From positions 1,545-65,544 of the IMG/VR virus record IMGVR_UViG_3300021170_000017: a DNA stretch of 64,000 nucleotides; one strand, 5' to 3'. The translations under genes and the position numbers were made by a program. Under the pieces are notes generated by a model. It saw only the letters and a list, made by a program, of their open reading frames with translations. It did not search any database and was not told the DNA's origin. Positions 54,284 through 63,604 of this stretch are shown piece by piece; position 1 is the first letter of the stretch; each line of letters starts with the position of its first letter. The stretch comes from a virus (taxonomy: Duplodnaviria; Caudoviricetes).

Positions 54284-54540
54284 TAGGCGGGTCTCCAGAC
54301 GCCGTGCTCGAGGTAGCCGTGATAGACCTCGAGCGGTTTGCCATCCCGGCTGGTGTACACCGCGATCGAGGGGCTCACCGTGATGGTGCCGTCCTCGTGC
54401 TCGACGACCTTGTGGCCGCCGAGATTGCCCGCGTGGTCATTCGGCGTGATGGCAATCCAGCACTCGTCCTCGATCGAGTAGCCATAGTCGCCCGGCGACC
54501 AGAGGTGCCAGTCGAAGCCCGGGACGCGGCGTCCTATCAA
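54283..54540 (-). CDS. DUF6527-like small protein inside the tail module
   Basis: HEDGTITVSPSIAV..YHGYLEHGVW. Confidence 0.55.
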   Translation of the reverse strand: MIGRRVPGFDWHLWSPGDYGYSIEDECWIAITPNDHAGNLGGHKVVEHEDGTITVSPSIAVYTSRDGKPLEVYHGYLEHGVWRPA

Positions 54541-56186
54541 CTGACCACTCCCTTGACGTTGGGCGATCCAGATCCAGAGATGAAGGTCGCACTGCCGCCC
54601 GAGAGCTCGATGGCCTTGCCGGCGGCGCCCGCCGCGCCACCCGGCATCTGGTAGGTGAACGTCGTGTCGTTGGCACCCGCCGTGCCAGCCGCTCCCCAGT
54701 CGCCGCCCGCACCGCCGTTCTGCGCATGCGCGCCGCTGCCGGAGACCGCTTGAACACCCGCGGCGCCGAACGTCCCATTGACACCCGAGGTCGAATCGCC
54801 GCCGGCCGTCGCCACCGCGGCGCCGACCTGGGGGTCACCCACCAGGCCCGGCTCACCGCCGAACGCGCCGCCGGATCCCGCACCGCCGCCGCCGGCGTTG
54901 GCGACACCCAGCACCGCCTGGCCATTGGAGACCCCGCCCCCGCCGCCGCCGCCGCCGCCACCCCAGATATGGCCGTTGCCGTTCGTGATGTTGAAGGTCG
55001 ACCCGGATCCCGGTCCCTTGATGGCCTGGCCGCCGGGCTGGCCGGCGAGCGCACTGATGTAGGTGACGCCACTCCCGGGAAAGCCCGTGCCGCCACCGCG
55101 ACCGCCGCGTCCACCCGTGCCCAGGATGTAGCCCAGGTTAGTGAGATTGATGGTGCAGCCACTGATGAGGCCGGAGAGGTCCATCGCCGGTGTGCCCGAG
55201 CTCGAACTCTCGACGACCACCCCGGCCGCTACCAGGATGTTGATGGTCGCGGGGCTTCCCAAGGTCCCGATGATCGCCTTCAAGTTCCAGTCGACGCTGT
55301 TGCTCGAGATGGTGATGGGCAGCGTCGTGCCGGCGCCCGAGTTCAAGTTCGGGCCCTGGATTGCGGTCCAGCGGTTGAGCGCGAAGTTGTAGCGCAAGAG
55401 GAAGCGATCGATCGCGCCAGCCGCGGTGCCGAGGGTAGGGGCCAAGCCATTCGCGAACAGGAAGATGCTGTTCCAGGTCAGCGTGCGCCCGCCCGTGCCG
55501 TCCTGGACCACGAGGAGGTCGATCTCCGAGCCGTCGCGCGGGTTGATCGGCGCTGCCATGGTGCGGTTGCCGGTCAGGGTCAGGATCTGACTGTTGCCGG
55601 CGTTGGCATCGATCGTCGTGGTCGGGCCTTCCGTCACCGTCTGATAGGGCCAGGCGGTGGGGATCGTCACCGAGTTCTGGACGATGGTGTTGGCGGCGAT
55701 CTCGGCCGCAGTGCGCGACTGGCGCACCCAGTTGGCCGCCGGCGTGCCGCCCAAGGACGTGGCAGAGGAGGCGTTGGCGACCACCGGCCAGCAGTTGGTG
55801 CCATCGCACCAGATGAGGCGGATCTCGCCATTGGCGACCGTCGTGGTGCTGGTGCTGCCCGAGTACGTGAAGGTGAGTGTCTGCCCCGTCTGGTTATTGA
55901 TCAGGTACATCTTGCCCGGGATGCTCGACGGGACGGTCACCGTCACCGCGGAGCCAGGCGTGCCGGTCATCAATAGCGAGAAGAACCTCGAGACGCTCGC
56001 GGTGCCAGCGGTGAGGGCGGGCAGCGAGTAGGAGGTCGCCGAGGCGATGTTGACGACCGTCCAGCCGCAGATGGCCGGGTCTAAGAGATTGATGGCGTCG
56101 GAGTTGAGGGTCGCGCCCCAGGTGTTGTTATAGGCGCCCGTCGCGATCAGGCGAACCTGATTGAACGTCGAGAATGAGTCTGCCAC
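54537..56186 (-). CDS. Tail fibre protein with Gly-rich C-terminal adhesin-like domain
   Basis: N-terminal TGAYNNTWGATLN. LTLTGN..QDGTGGRTLTW domain. GYILGTGGRGG..IWGGGGGGGGGG..GAAGAAGKAI. Confidence 0.8.
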   Translation of the reverse strand: MADSFSTFNQVRLIATGAYNNTWGATLNSDAINLLDPAICGWTVVNIASATSYSLPALTAGTASVSRFFSLLMTGTPGSAVTVTVPSSIPGKMYLINNQTGQTLTFTYSGSTSTTTVANGEIRLIWCDGTNCWPVVANASSATSLGGTPAANWVRQSRTAAEIAANTIVQNSVTIPTAWPYQTVTEGPTTTIDANAGNSQILTLTGNRTMAAPINPRDGSEIDLLVVQDGTGGRTLTWNSIFLFANGLAPTLGTAAGAIDRFLLRYNFALNRWTAIQGPNLNSGAGTTLPITISSNSVDWNLKAIIGTLGSPATINILVAAGVVVESSSSGTPAMDLSGLISGCTINLTNLGYILGTGGRGGRGGGTGFPGSGVTYISALAGQPGGQAIKGPGSGSTFNITNGNGHIWGGGGGGGGGGVSNGQAVLGVANAGGGGAGSGGAFGGEPGLVGDPQVGAAVATAGGDSTSGVNGTFGAAGVQAVSGSGAHAQNGGAGGDWGAAGTAGANDTTFTYQMPGGAAGAAGKAIELSGGSATFISGSGSPNVKGVVS

Positions 56187-56195
56187 GCGAGCTCC

Positions 56196-57077
56196 TTATC
56201 CGGCCGCGGCTGCCTGCTGTGGTGGCGGCCCCGGTATCGACGCGATAGGTGCCAAGGGTGCGTACACCCCTGATCTCGCTGCGATCATCACTTCGCCGCG
56301 GGCATTAGGTAGAAGTTCTTCATAGTATTTCGTTTTCATGTCGGCATAGCGGTCATCGGCTTTGAGCCACTGCTCGGCCTCCATGAGGCAGGCGACGAAG
56401 AGCAGCTGGCCCTCGTTATCGCCAATCCAGGTGTTCTGCGCGACGACGATCGATGGCGGCCGCTGCACATAGCGGCGCTTGATGGCCGTCGCGTTGGCAT
56501 CGGCCGCGGGCCCGAAGATCCAGGTCGACTGGCCCTGGTCCGCGTAGTAATACGGCCGCCCCGCCGCCGCGGCGAGATAGCCCTGCATGAAGTCCCACGA
56601 GCGCTTGACCATGAGCTTGGTCGCGCCGTTGTAGACCACCCACAAGTTGCGCTCGACCACGAACTGACTCGAGATGACCGCGTTCGCCGTCACGGCATTG
56701 GCCATCGGCAAGGTCCAGATCGCCGTGGTCTGTCCATTGGTCAGCGTCACCGACTGGATCTCATTATCGGAGAAGGTGACGACATATGGCCCGGTCGTGC
56801 CGGTCCAGGCGCTCGCCAGCGTCGCCGAGGTCGCATTCGGATTGATCGCCGCGTTGAAGACGAGCGGCTGGCTGCCGAGCGGCTTAAGGAGCGAGGTCGC
56901 CGCCGGGGCGATCGCCACCTGGTCATTCACATCGAAGATATCGAGGTCCAAGTCCACGACCACCCGCAGTTCGCCCAAGTAGATCAGACGATTGATGCTG
57001 GCGAGATACGCAGCGCTTGCCTTCAAGGGCCAGACCTGCAGGGCCGAGTACAACTGCTGGTAGCTAAATCCGAGCAT
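56196..57077 (-). CDS. Head-tail adaptor/tail tubular-type protein
   Basis: IYLGELRV..DLDL, GRPYYYA, NTWIGDN..LLFVACLMEA. Confidence 0.75.
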   Translation of the reverse strand: MLGFSYQQLYSALQVWPLKASAAYLASINRLIYLGELRVVVDLDLDIFDVNDQVAIAPAATSLLKPLGSQPLVFNAAINPNATSATLASAWTGTTGPYVVTFSDNEIQSVTLTNGQTTAIWTLPMANAVTANAVISSQFVVERNLWVVYNGATKLMVKRSWDFMQGYLAAAAGRPYYYADQGQSTWIFGPAADANATAIKRRYVQRPPSIVVAQNTWIGDNEGQLLFVACLMEAEQWLKADDRYADMKTKYYEELLPNARGEVMIAARSGVYAPLAPIASIPGPPPQQAAAAG

Positions 57078-57408
57078 TCGGCACCTCGTTATCGACTTCG
57101 TTGGAGGGCCCGGAGAGCGCGCTGCCGGCTTGGGCGATCAGGTAGTAGGCGGCCGAATCGATGTCATCGACGGGGTCGTCCGTGATGATGTCGATAAACT
57201 GAAAAAGACTGCCGGCCAAGGTCTCATAGAGCGCCCAGCCGTTGTTATTGGCGTTTTTGTAGAGAAAGAAGTTCGATATACCGCCCGTTGCGCAGGTCCA
57301 GGTGAGGAGAATCTGGCTGCCGAGTTGGTTGAGGGTCCCCTTGAGCACCGGCGCGGCCACCGGCGGGCTCAAGGTGATCTCGACCGTGTTCGACACCGCG
57401 CTACCCAT
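57064..57408 (-). CDS. Fn3-like virion protein
   Basis: APVL..LTWT..FFLYKN..YYLIA..SGPSNEV. Confidence 0.6.
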   Translation of the reverse strand: MGSAVSNTVEITLSPPVAAPVLKGTLNQLGSQILLTWTCATGGISNFFLYKNANNNGWALYETLAGSLFQFIDIITDDPVDDIDSAAYYLIAQAGSALSGPSNEVDNEVPNARI

Positions 57409-57919
57409 TCTGGGCGTTCTCGTTGATGTCGTAGCCGCGGATGTAGTACCAGACGGTGTTCGCCGGCGGACTCGAGTCGGTGTAAGTCAGGGTCTCGATG
57501 GCGAGCGCGCCGAACTCGTCCGCCGTGTTGGGGAGCGACACCAGCATGGTGAAGTTCACGCCATCGATGGAGCGCCAGACCTCATACGCGGCAGACAGGT
57601 ACGGTCCAAAGCCGCCGACGCGGTCTTCCCCGACAGGCGGACCACCGATACTGCTCCACGTGAGGACGACCGATCCGCCAGAGATGACGGCGGTAAGGAA
57701 AGGCGGTAGCACCGCGTAGGTATCGACCGCGGGCTTCCACAGCGCGACCGGATCCGACACGACGGCCAGGCGCTCTTGAGGCTGCGGGGGATCGTAACAG
57801 CCGGGACAGACGCGAATATTCGGGTAGTAGCCATCGAGGACGAGCTCGCGGAGGTAGTACCGCAGGCCGCATCGCTGGCAGAGCCCCCAGGCAAGTCGTC
57901 CCTTCGCGTATGCCGGCAA
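57401..57919 (-). CDS. Conserved CxxC neck-region protein fused to an Fn3-like domain
   Basis: YAKGRLAWGLCQRCG..VCPGCYDPPQPQ, then LTWS..YEVWRS..YTD..YYIRGYD. Confidence 0.7.
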   Translation of the reverse strand: MPAYAKGRLAWGLCQRCGLRYYLRELVLDGYYPNIRVCPGCYDPPQPQERLAVVSDPVALWKPAVDTYAVLPPFLTAVISGGSVVLTWSSIGGPPVGEDRVGGFGPYLSAAYEVWRSIDGVNFTMLVSLPNTADEFGALAIETLTYTDSSPPANTVWYYIRGYDINENAQNG

Positions 57920-57928
57920 GTCCTCACC

Positions 57929-58123
57929 TTACTTCTGGCCGATGCCAGGGTAGCGCGCGTGCACCTTGCGCTTGATCACTTCCTGCTCGGCAGGGCTCGC
58001 GTAGTGCGCCATCGAGAGCGCGGCGCGCGCATGGTTCTCGTCATGAATCGGATACCGGCGTCCCGGGAGGGCGAACTCGCCCCCCGGGATCTCGTCCCGC
58101 CGTTCCGTGGTGAGCTTGCTCAC
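57929..58123 (-). CDS. Small conserved phage protein (DUF6582-like)
   Basis: KLTTERRDEIP..FALPGRRYPIHDENHARAALS. Confidence 0.7.
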   Translation of the reverse strand: MSKLTTERRDEIPGGEFALPGRRYPIHDENHARAALSMAHYASPAEQEVIKRKVHARYPGIGQK

Positions 58124-58635
58124 GGCAGCAAGACCGCCCGCTGCTCGGGCGTGAGCTTAAGCGCATCCGCACGAGCGGCGTTCATGCCCCAGTTGGCTAC
58201 CTGGGCCGCCGTCACCCCGGTTGCGGTCAGTTGCGTGGTCGTGAGACCCAGCGCGGCCGCCTGCAGGGCCGAGAGCTTCAGTCCCTTCAACTGCTCGACC
58301 GACATGCCCGTGCCATGCGCGTGCGCGACCGCAGCCCCGGCCGCAGGAACACTCGGCGGCGTCGGCTTCTTGGCTGAGGCCGGGAAGCGCAGGTTCGCGA
58401 TCGGCGCGGGAGGCGTCGGCTTCGGCTTCGCAGCGGGAGCGACTCCAGGGCCGATGCGCGCGGCCTCGATCGGCAGGCCCGCCAAGATCAAGCGCTTGAC
58501 CTCAGCCAGGTTCCAGGTGGCGTCCGGCGCCGGGTAGCTCGCACTCACCGCGACGTCCTTCTGGGCGACGTAGTCATAGATCTGCTCGGCGTCCGGGTTG
58601 TAGCCAAAGCGCGGTTTCGGATTGATCAGGTTCAT
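58120..58635 (-). CDS. Hypothetical protein with short LT..Q repeats
   Basis: GGAGG RBS; MSVEQL/LSALQA/LTTTQL/VTAAQV/LTPEQR repeats. Confidence 0.6.
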   Translation of the reverse strand: MNLINPKPRFGYNPDAEQIYDYVAQKDVAVSASYPAPDATWNLAEVKRLILAGLPIEAARIGPGVAPAAKPKPTPPAPIANLRFPASAKKPTPPSVPAAGAAVAHAHGTGMSVEQLKGLKLSALQAAALGLTTTQLTATGVTAAQVANWGMNAARADALKLTPEQRAVLLP

Positions 58636-58653
58636 CTCAATGTCCTCCAGTGG

Positions 58654-59373
58654 TTACCAGCGACCGCGTTTCGGCCGCGACATAGTCAAGCGTACATCGC
58701 CCCAGTCACGGTTGGCGTCCAAGGCCATCGCGAGCTGCCCGCCGATGTTGCGCGGATTCGGGTCATCCCCCCGATAATACTTTTGCAATACTTCAAAACG
58801 GCCCGCGTTGAATTTCATGGCGAGCTTGGCCGCGAGGCCCGCGTGCATCGCCTCCTGCATCTCGGGGCGCGTCTGCAACTGCAGCGACAGGTCCGAGTCC
58901 CCGGGCAGCGCCGTGTTGACCATGCCCCAGTAGAAGATCGCATCGGTGCTGTTCTCGGGGCTGCGCCACACCGTCATGACCACCTGGTTGTATTGCCGGT
59001 CAATCAGATACCGATCCGGCCGGCCCTGCTGCGTCTTGTCGGGAATCTCGAGCCACTCCTGCCGCGACATCGGATTGATCGGCGTATCGCGGTTGTCGCG
59101 CCGCAAGATCGCATCCGATACGGTGATGAGGCCCGCCGGCAGGATGATCTGCGGCGTGTTGACGACGGTCGTGAAGTTGTACTCGAGGAACTGATAGGTC
59201 CGGATGCCTAAGGTCAGCCACTCGGAGTTCAGCATCAACGCGAGCGAACGGAAGGCCGACTCGATGTGATCGTTGCCGAGGGTCTTGGCCGACACGCCGG
59301 CGCGCTCAAAGCACTCCGAGAAGACTGAGGCTAGGTCCGGAGAGAGGTACCCAATGTTGGTGCCGATGGCCAC
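58654..59373 (-). CDS. Head-tail connector/adaptor protein
   Basis: FERAG..AFRSLALM..EW..G, MSRQEWLEIPDKTQQGRP..DRQ, AGLAAKLAMK. Confidence 0.8.
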   Translation of the reverse strand: MAIGTNIGYLSPDLASVFSECFERAGVSAKTLGNDHIESAFRSLALMLNSEWLTLGIRTYQFLEYNFTTVVNTPQIILPAGLITVSDAILRRDNRDTPINPMSRQEWLEIPDKTQQGRPDRYLIDRQYNQVVMTVWRSPENSTDAIFYWGMVNTALPGDSDLSLQLQTRPEMQEAMHAGLAAKLAMKFNAGRFEVLQKYYRGDDPNPRNIGGQLAMALDANRDWGDVRLTMSRPKRGRW

Positions 59374-59379
59374 CGCGGG

Positions 59380-59928
59380 TTAGCCACGCGCCAGGCCCTG
59401 AATGACCTCGAGGAACGCGGTGCCTCCGGTCAGGGCGGTAACGTGCAAGCGCACGGCCATGCATGGCTCGGTGATCACCCCATTGGCCCGGCCGGTCTGA
59501 CTGGTCAAGCCGGCGGCCAGCGCGAAGACGCGGCAGAGCACGGCCTGCGTGTAGGCGGTGCCCACCGTGGCCCCTGTGTTGGCGACCGTGTAGGTGAACG
59601 TCGTGAGGCCGGTCACCGTGATGATCTGGCTGCCGTCCAAGTTCGGGTCGCCCGAGTTATAGATGACCGCCGAGTCGCCGGTCACCAGGCCGTGCGGGTT
59701 CGCCATCGTCACCGTCGCGGTCGTGGTCGAGCGCGTGAGGGAGACGACGTTGTTGCCCTTGATGTAGTTCGGGTTGTCGGGCGTCGCCTCGATGGAGTAG
59801 GTGATCGCGTTCGCGTCCTCACTCACCGAGCCGTACAGGCCCACGTTGAAGAAGTACGCGAGATAGTCGAGCGGGATCCACGGGGTTACCCCGATGGCCG
59901 CCAAAGACACTCTGATCGGTGATCGCAT
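59380..59928 (-). CDS. Virion protein with inserted small beta-barrel (HGL.TGD) domain
   Basis: TATVTMANPHGLVTGDSAVI..DG..ITVTGLTTFTY inside a ..AVRLHVT..GT..LEVIQ fold. Confidence 0.65.
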   Translation of the reverse strand: MRSPIRVSLAAIGVTPWIPLDYLAYFFNVGLYGSVSEDANAITYSIEATPDNPNYIKGNNVVSLTRSTTTATVTMANPHGLVTGDSAVIYNSGDPNLDGSQIITVTGLTTFTYTVANTGATVGTAYTQAVLCRVFALAAGLTSQTGRANGVITEPCMAVRLHVTALTGGTAFLEVIQGLARG

Positions 59929-59931
59929 CGA

Positions 59932-60282
59932 CTATCTCCTCACTGCGCCCGGCGGCGGCGTCCCGATCTCCATACGTGGCACCCCGGGACTTACCGTCCC
60001 CGGTCCGGTCGCCCCTTGCATCGGCATGGGCGCAGGCATCGGCCGAGGCCCTGCGATGATCGGCCGCGTGGCCGTCGCGGGTCCGGTCGGCGCGCCCGGC
60101 AGTCCTGGCGGCGCTGCCGGCGGCATCGAGGCCCCCAGTCGCGGCTCAGGGCGCGGCAGCATGGGCTGCCTGGGCTGGAAGCCGCCCACCGCCGCGGGGA
60201 CCGGCGCCTGCGTCTGCGAAGGCAGGGGCGGCCGTCCCATGATGGGGCGTTGCATCATGTCCCGGTTGCTGCGACTGGGCAT
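59932..60282 (-). CDS. Pro-rich hypothetical protein
   Basis: Low-complexity ORF in operon. Confidence 0.5.
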   Translation of the reverse strand: MPSRSNRDMMQRPIMGRPPLPSQTQAPVPAAVGGFQPRQPMLPRPEPRLGASMPPAAPPGLPGAPTGPATATRPIIAGPRPMPAPMPMQGATGPGTVSPGVPRMEIGTPPPGAVRR

Positions 60283-60287
60283 GACTC

Positions 60288-61220
60288 TTAGACCGGTGTG
60301 ACGCCGAAAGAGCCCACCTGCGTGGTGTTGTCCATGACCTTGAACTCACCGCAGATGTATTTCGCCCCGTTGAGCGCTGCGTTGGTCGTGTAGGTCCCGC
60401 GCACATCCCCAGTACTCGTGGTCGCCGGCAGCGTGATGTCCGCTGCCACGAAGGTACCCGGGTCGGCCGCGTCCGCCACCAGCGCGCCCATCCAATCGCC
60501 TGACTGCACCCGGAAGGGCAGGCCCAGTGCGCTGCCGGTGCCGAAGGTCGCGAGCGTGATCGCCGCACTCGACTGAATCGAGGTGATGCTGGCGAATGCC
60601 TTCTTGCCGGTGAACGCGGTGCCGGTCTGCACTTCGGTCTGCACCTGGCCGTAATAGTCGGTGCCGATGACCGTGATGGTGGAGGACGTCGTCCAGGCGC
60701 CCACCACATTGCGGGGCACATCGGGCACGGTCGCCGCGAGTACCGCAAAGCCGCCCAAGCCGATCGAGGCGGAGACCGAGTAGAAGTTCGACACCGCGAG
60801 CTGGGGCGGCACCCCAGCCACCGTGACGTTCGCCGTGACGGCGTTGACCAGCGCGGCCTGCGTCGTGTAGGTGGGGTTCAAGCCGCCGCTCGAGACGCCG
60901 TAGCCGCCACCGATGGGTGAGGGCGTCGCGGGGTAGAACTTGACCGCCGTGCTGCCGTTGGTGAAGAGGCCGGTCAGGACCTCGCCGTCGGAGAACGTGA
61001 TCGGAAAGAGATTCGTGGGGCCAGCCCAGTTGCCGGTCAGCGTGCCACTGGTCGCACCGGCGGCAAGGCCCGCGGTGAAGGCTGCCGCGAAGGACGTGCC
61101 GGCCGGACGCCACCGATAGGTGAGATGGACTTCGCTACCCGGCTTGTCTGCCTGGTAGGGACCGAAGGTGGCGCGCCCGTTGAAGGTCTGGTTCGCCCGG
61201 GAGATCAATTGACGTGACAT
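60288..61220 (-). CDS. Virion structural protein following MCP (decoration-like)
   Basis: AGGAG RBS; DVPRNV..GTDYYGQ..GKKAF..GLP..TGDVRGTY motifs. Confidence 0.7.
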   Translation of the reverse strand: MSRQLISRANQTFNGRATFGPYQADKPGSEVHLTYRWRPAGTSFAAAFTAGLAAGATSGTLTGNWAGPTNLFPITFSDGEVLTGLFTNGSTAVKFYPATPSPIGGGYGVSSGGLNPTYTTQAALVNAVTANVTVAGVPPQLAVSNFYSVSASIGLGGFAVLAATVPDVPRNVVGAWTTSSTITVIGTDYYGQVQTEVQTGTAFTGKKAFASITSIQSSAAITLATFGTGSALGLPFRVQSGDWMGALVADAADPGTFVAADITLPATTSTGDVRGTYTTNAALNGAKYICGEFKVMDNTTQVGSFGVTPV

Positions 61221-61314
61221 GGAAAGCTCCTGATAGCAGCCGTCGTCGGCATCGTGGTCAGTCTTGGCCCGGCCTGCTTCTGCGGCTCAGCCGGGCACTC
61301 GTCGCTGGTTTAGC

Positions 61315-62220
61315 CTAGTTGCCGGACGCTGCCGCTCCGCGAGGATTGGTCCATCCCTGGCTGTAGCGTTCGGAGATCTTGTAGCGCAGGTTCCCGGTCT
61401 CGAAGTCGCCCTCAAGGCCCTTCTTGAGCGCGCGGCGCTTGAAGGCTCGCAGACCGTCGGGCACGTCCGTGATCAGGTACCACTGGGTCGGACTCGACAG
61501 ATACCGGTTGACGCTGAAGCCGTCGCGGATGGTGCCCAGTTTGAACAGGGCATTGATGTTGTTGTCCCCCGTGTCCGGCTGGTAGGGCGTCATCAGGAGC
61601 CGGGCTGCCACGAACTGGAGCTCGGTCGGGATGACCAGTTTCTTGATCATCGCCCGCACGGGGATCGACCGCTCGTCGGTCCACTCGGCGATCTGGATGC
61701 TGATCTGCTCGAGCGCGGCCTCGGAGAGCTGCGCCGAGGTCGCCAGCATGTTCGAGAGCACCCCTCCACCGCCGAGCGGATGAGCCGTGCTGAACAGCGG
61801 CACACCGTCACCGCCAGGATTCGTCGACGCGAACCCGTAGTTCAGGATGTTGGTGCGGTTGAGCTCCTTCGAGTACTTCATCGACCGGCCCATGGAGCGC
61901 GCGATCTGGCTGCCCATGGTCAGGTACAGGTTGTCCTCGACGGCCTCTTCCGTGATGGCGACCGCCTTGACGATCGTGGCGTGCTGGTAGCGCGACACGA
62001 AGGTCTCGAACATGTCGTCGTACTCGATGGCCGAACCTTCGGGCTTGGTCTGCCCCGGCCCGGTACCCGCCATCATGACGTCCTCTTCGTACGCCTTTTC
62101 CGAGGGACTCTCGGTAAAGATGTCCGGCCAGAGGTCCGGATACTCGGTGTAGGCCAGGCCCACCACGGCGTTCAGCCCCAGTTGGAGCTGCTTGCGTTCG
62201 TCTGCTCTCAAAATTGTCAT
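61315..62220 (-). CDS. Major capsid protein (HK97 fold, Mu gpT-like family)
   Basis: GLNAVVG..Y, S.KAYEEDV, KPEGSAIEYD, ITEEAVEDNLY, GGDGVPLFSTAHP, GDFETGNLRYK..ERYSQGWTNPRG. Confidence 0.93.
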   Translation of the reverse strand: MTILRADERKQLQLGLNAVVGLAYTEYPDLWPDIFTESPSEKAYEEDVMMAGTGPGQTKPEGSAIEYDDMFETFVSRYQHATIVKAVAITEEAVEDNLYLTMGSQIARSMGRSMKYSKELNRTNILNYGFASTNPGGDGVPLFSTAHPLGGGGVLSNMLATSAQLSEAALEQISIQIAEWTDERSIPVRAMIKKLVIPTELQFVAARLLMTPYQPDTGDNNINALFKLGTIRDGFSVNRYLSSPTQWYLITDVPDGLRAFKRRALKKGLEGDFETGNLRYKISERYSQGWTNPRGAAASGN

Positions 62221-62260
62221 TGTCAGATGCTCCTAATAGTTCGCTGAGACGAGCGCGGGG

Positions 62261-62872
62261 TTAGTAGACGACGCCGGCGCCGGCGACCGCGTTCTTGTAG
62301 TGCAAGAAGATGCTCACCAGGGCCCGGGCGTACTGCCCGTAGTTGTTGTTGGTGAGAAGTCTCAGCGACTGCACTTGGAGCTGCTGGTTGGTGGCGGAGG
62401 CCGACAGCGTGGTCTGGTCGACCATGTCGCCGCTCTGCCCGGTTTGGGACGATCCGGCCCCGACCACGACGTTCGCCGTGTTGCCGATGTTGGTGTTGGC
62501 GAGGCCCGCCGCACCCGACACCTGGGCGTCGAACAGAAGATCCGGGTCATCGAACACGGACGCCTCGACGGTTGATCCCGTCTGGATGGTCGTGCCCGAC
62601 AGCCACTTGCGCTGGAACTGCGTGTTGCCCTGCGGATCCACGTAGTTGCAGCCGGCGAAGGAGCCGATCGACGGGTTCGCGCCCGCCGCGACCACATCGA
62701 TGTTGGTACCGGTACCGGTCGGCTTCACCAGGCTGCCGCGGTAGATGTTGGAGGCCAAGGCGCCGGCAATGTTGTAGTCGGCACCGCTGTTCACACGGAC
62801 CGGTGTGCCGCCCATGGCGTGCTTGACGGCCGTGAAACCCGACGGGTTGTTGATGTTTGCTGGAGTGGTCAT
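62261..62872 (-). CDS. Minor capsid/cement protein preceding MCP
   Basis: NPSGF..IYRGSLVK..GSFAGCNYVD..VFDDPDLLFDAQ. Confidence 0.7.
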   Translation of the reverse strand: MTTPANINNPSGFTAVKHAMGGTPVRVNSGADYNIAGALASNIYRGSLVKPTGTGTNIDVVAAGANPSIGSFAGCNYVDPQGNTQFQRKWLSGTTIQTGSTVEASVFDDPDLLFDAQVSGAAGLANTNIGNTANVVVGAGSSQTGQSGDMVDQTTLSASATNQQLQVQSLRLLTNNNYGQYARALVSIFLHYKNAVAGAGVVY

Positions 62873-62902
62873 AGCTTGACGGTCCTCAAGGAGTGAATGG
62901 GA

Positions 62903-63604
62903 TCAGGTGTCGGCGTCCTGTTTGGGCGCCCGGCGGGCGCGCATCGTGACGTTCTCCTCGCTGATTTCATTACGATCCTCGACCAGCGGCATCTTCGAGT
63001 TCGCCTCGGCGAGTCCTGGACGTGGCTTGCGCACTGCGCGCGTCGCCGCATCCCGTCGCCGGTTGTAGTAAGCATCCCGTTGCGCCTTCATGTGGTCAGG
63101 CATTTTCATCAGGATGGTGGTTTCGTCCCCCACGACCTCGCCATGCTTGGCCAGGCGCCCGGTGAAGGTCTCGGTGGGGATGTCCTCCTCCTCGAGCTCG
63201 CCCGGTTTGACGAATTGCCAGCCTTCACGGATGGAGGCGAGCAAGTTCACATCATCGCCGTGCCGGCGCCGGTGGCGCGCGATCCAGCAGAGCGAATACC
63301 CGGGAGGGTCGGGGAAGGACGGCAGGGCGTAGGCGCGCTGCCAATTCTGCTTGGGGCCGCGATCGACGACATGGACACCCGAGGCGTCCTGGGCGCGGTC
63401 GGTGCCGGCCGTGCGATCGACGGCGTGGATCCCATCATTGCCCTTGGCCCGGGCGGCCCGGCGCTGCTTGGCGATCGCGGCACCGGTGGCCTTTTGCGTC
63501 CGCTGCTCTTTGAGCTCCGCGGCGCCGATCGACTTCGCCGGCACCTTGGCCTTGATCTGTGCTGCACTGGCGATATCGTCGCCACCAATGTCGATGGTGC
63601 TCAT
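62903..63604 (-). CDS. Conserved head-module protein
   Basis: LP..PPGYSLCWI..REGWQFVKPGE..ILMKMP..QRDAYY. Confidence 0.7.
   Translation of the reverse strand: MSTIDIGGDDIASAAQIKAKVPAKSIGAAELKEQRTQKATGAAIAKQRRAARAKGNDGIHAVDRTAGTDRAQDASGVHVVDRGPKQNWQRAYALPSFPDPPGYSLCWIARHRRRHGDDVNLLASIREGWQFVKPGELEEEDIPTETFTGRLAKHGEVVGDETTILMKMPDHMKAQRDAYYNRRRDAATRAVRKPRPGLAEANSKMPLVEDRNEISEENVTMRARRAPKQDADT

Noticed and set aside
54930-54965. (GCC)n-like simple repeat as a contingency locus
   Set aside because: It encodes the poly-Gly tract typical of Gly-rich tail adhesins; in frame and imperfect.
48194-56186. Diversity-generating retroelement targeting tail fibres
   Set aside because: No reverse transcriptase and no near-identical template/variable repeat pair seen.
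61265-61300. Hairpin after the major capsid gene as a terminator
   Set aside because: GC stem with a bulge but no U-tract on the coding strand, so support is insufficient.
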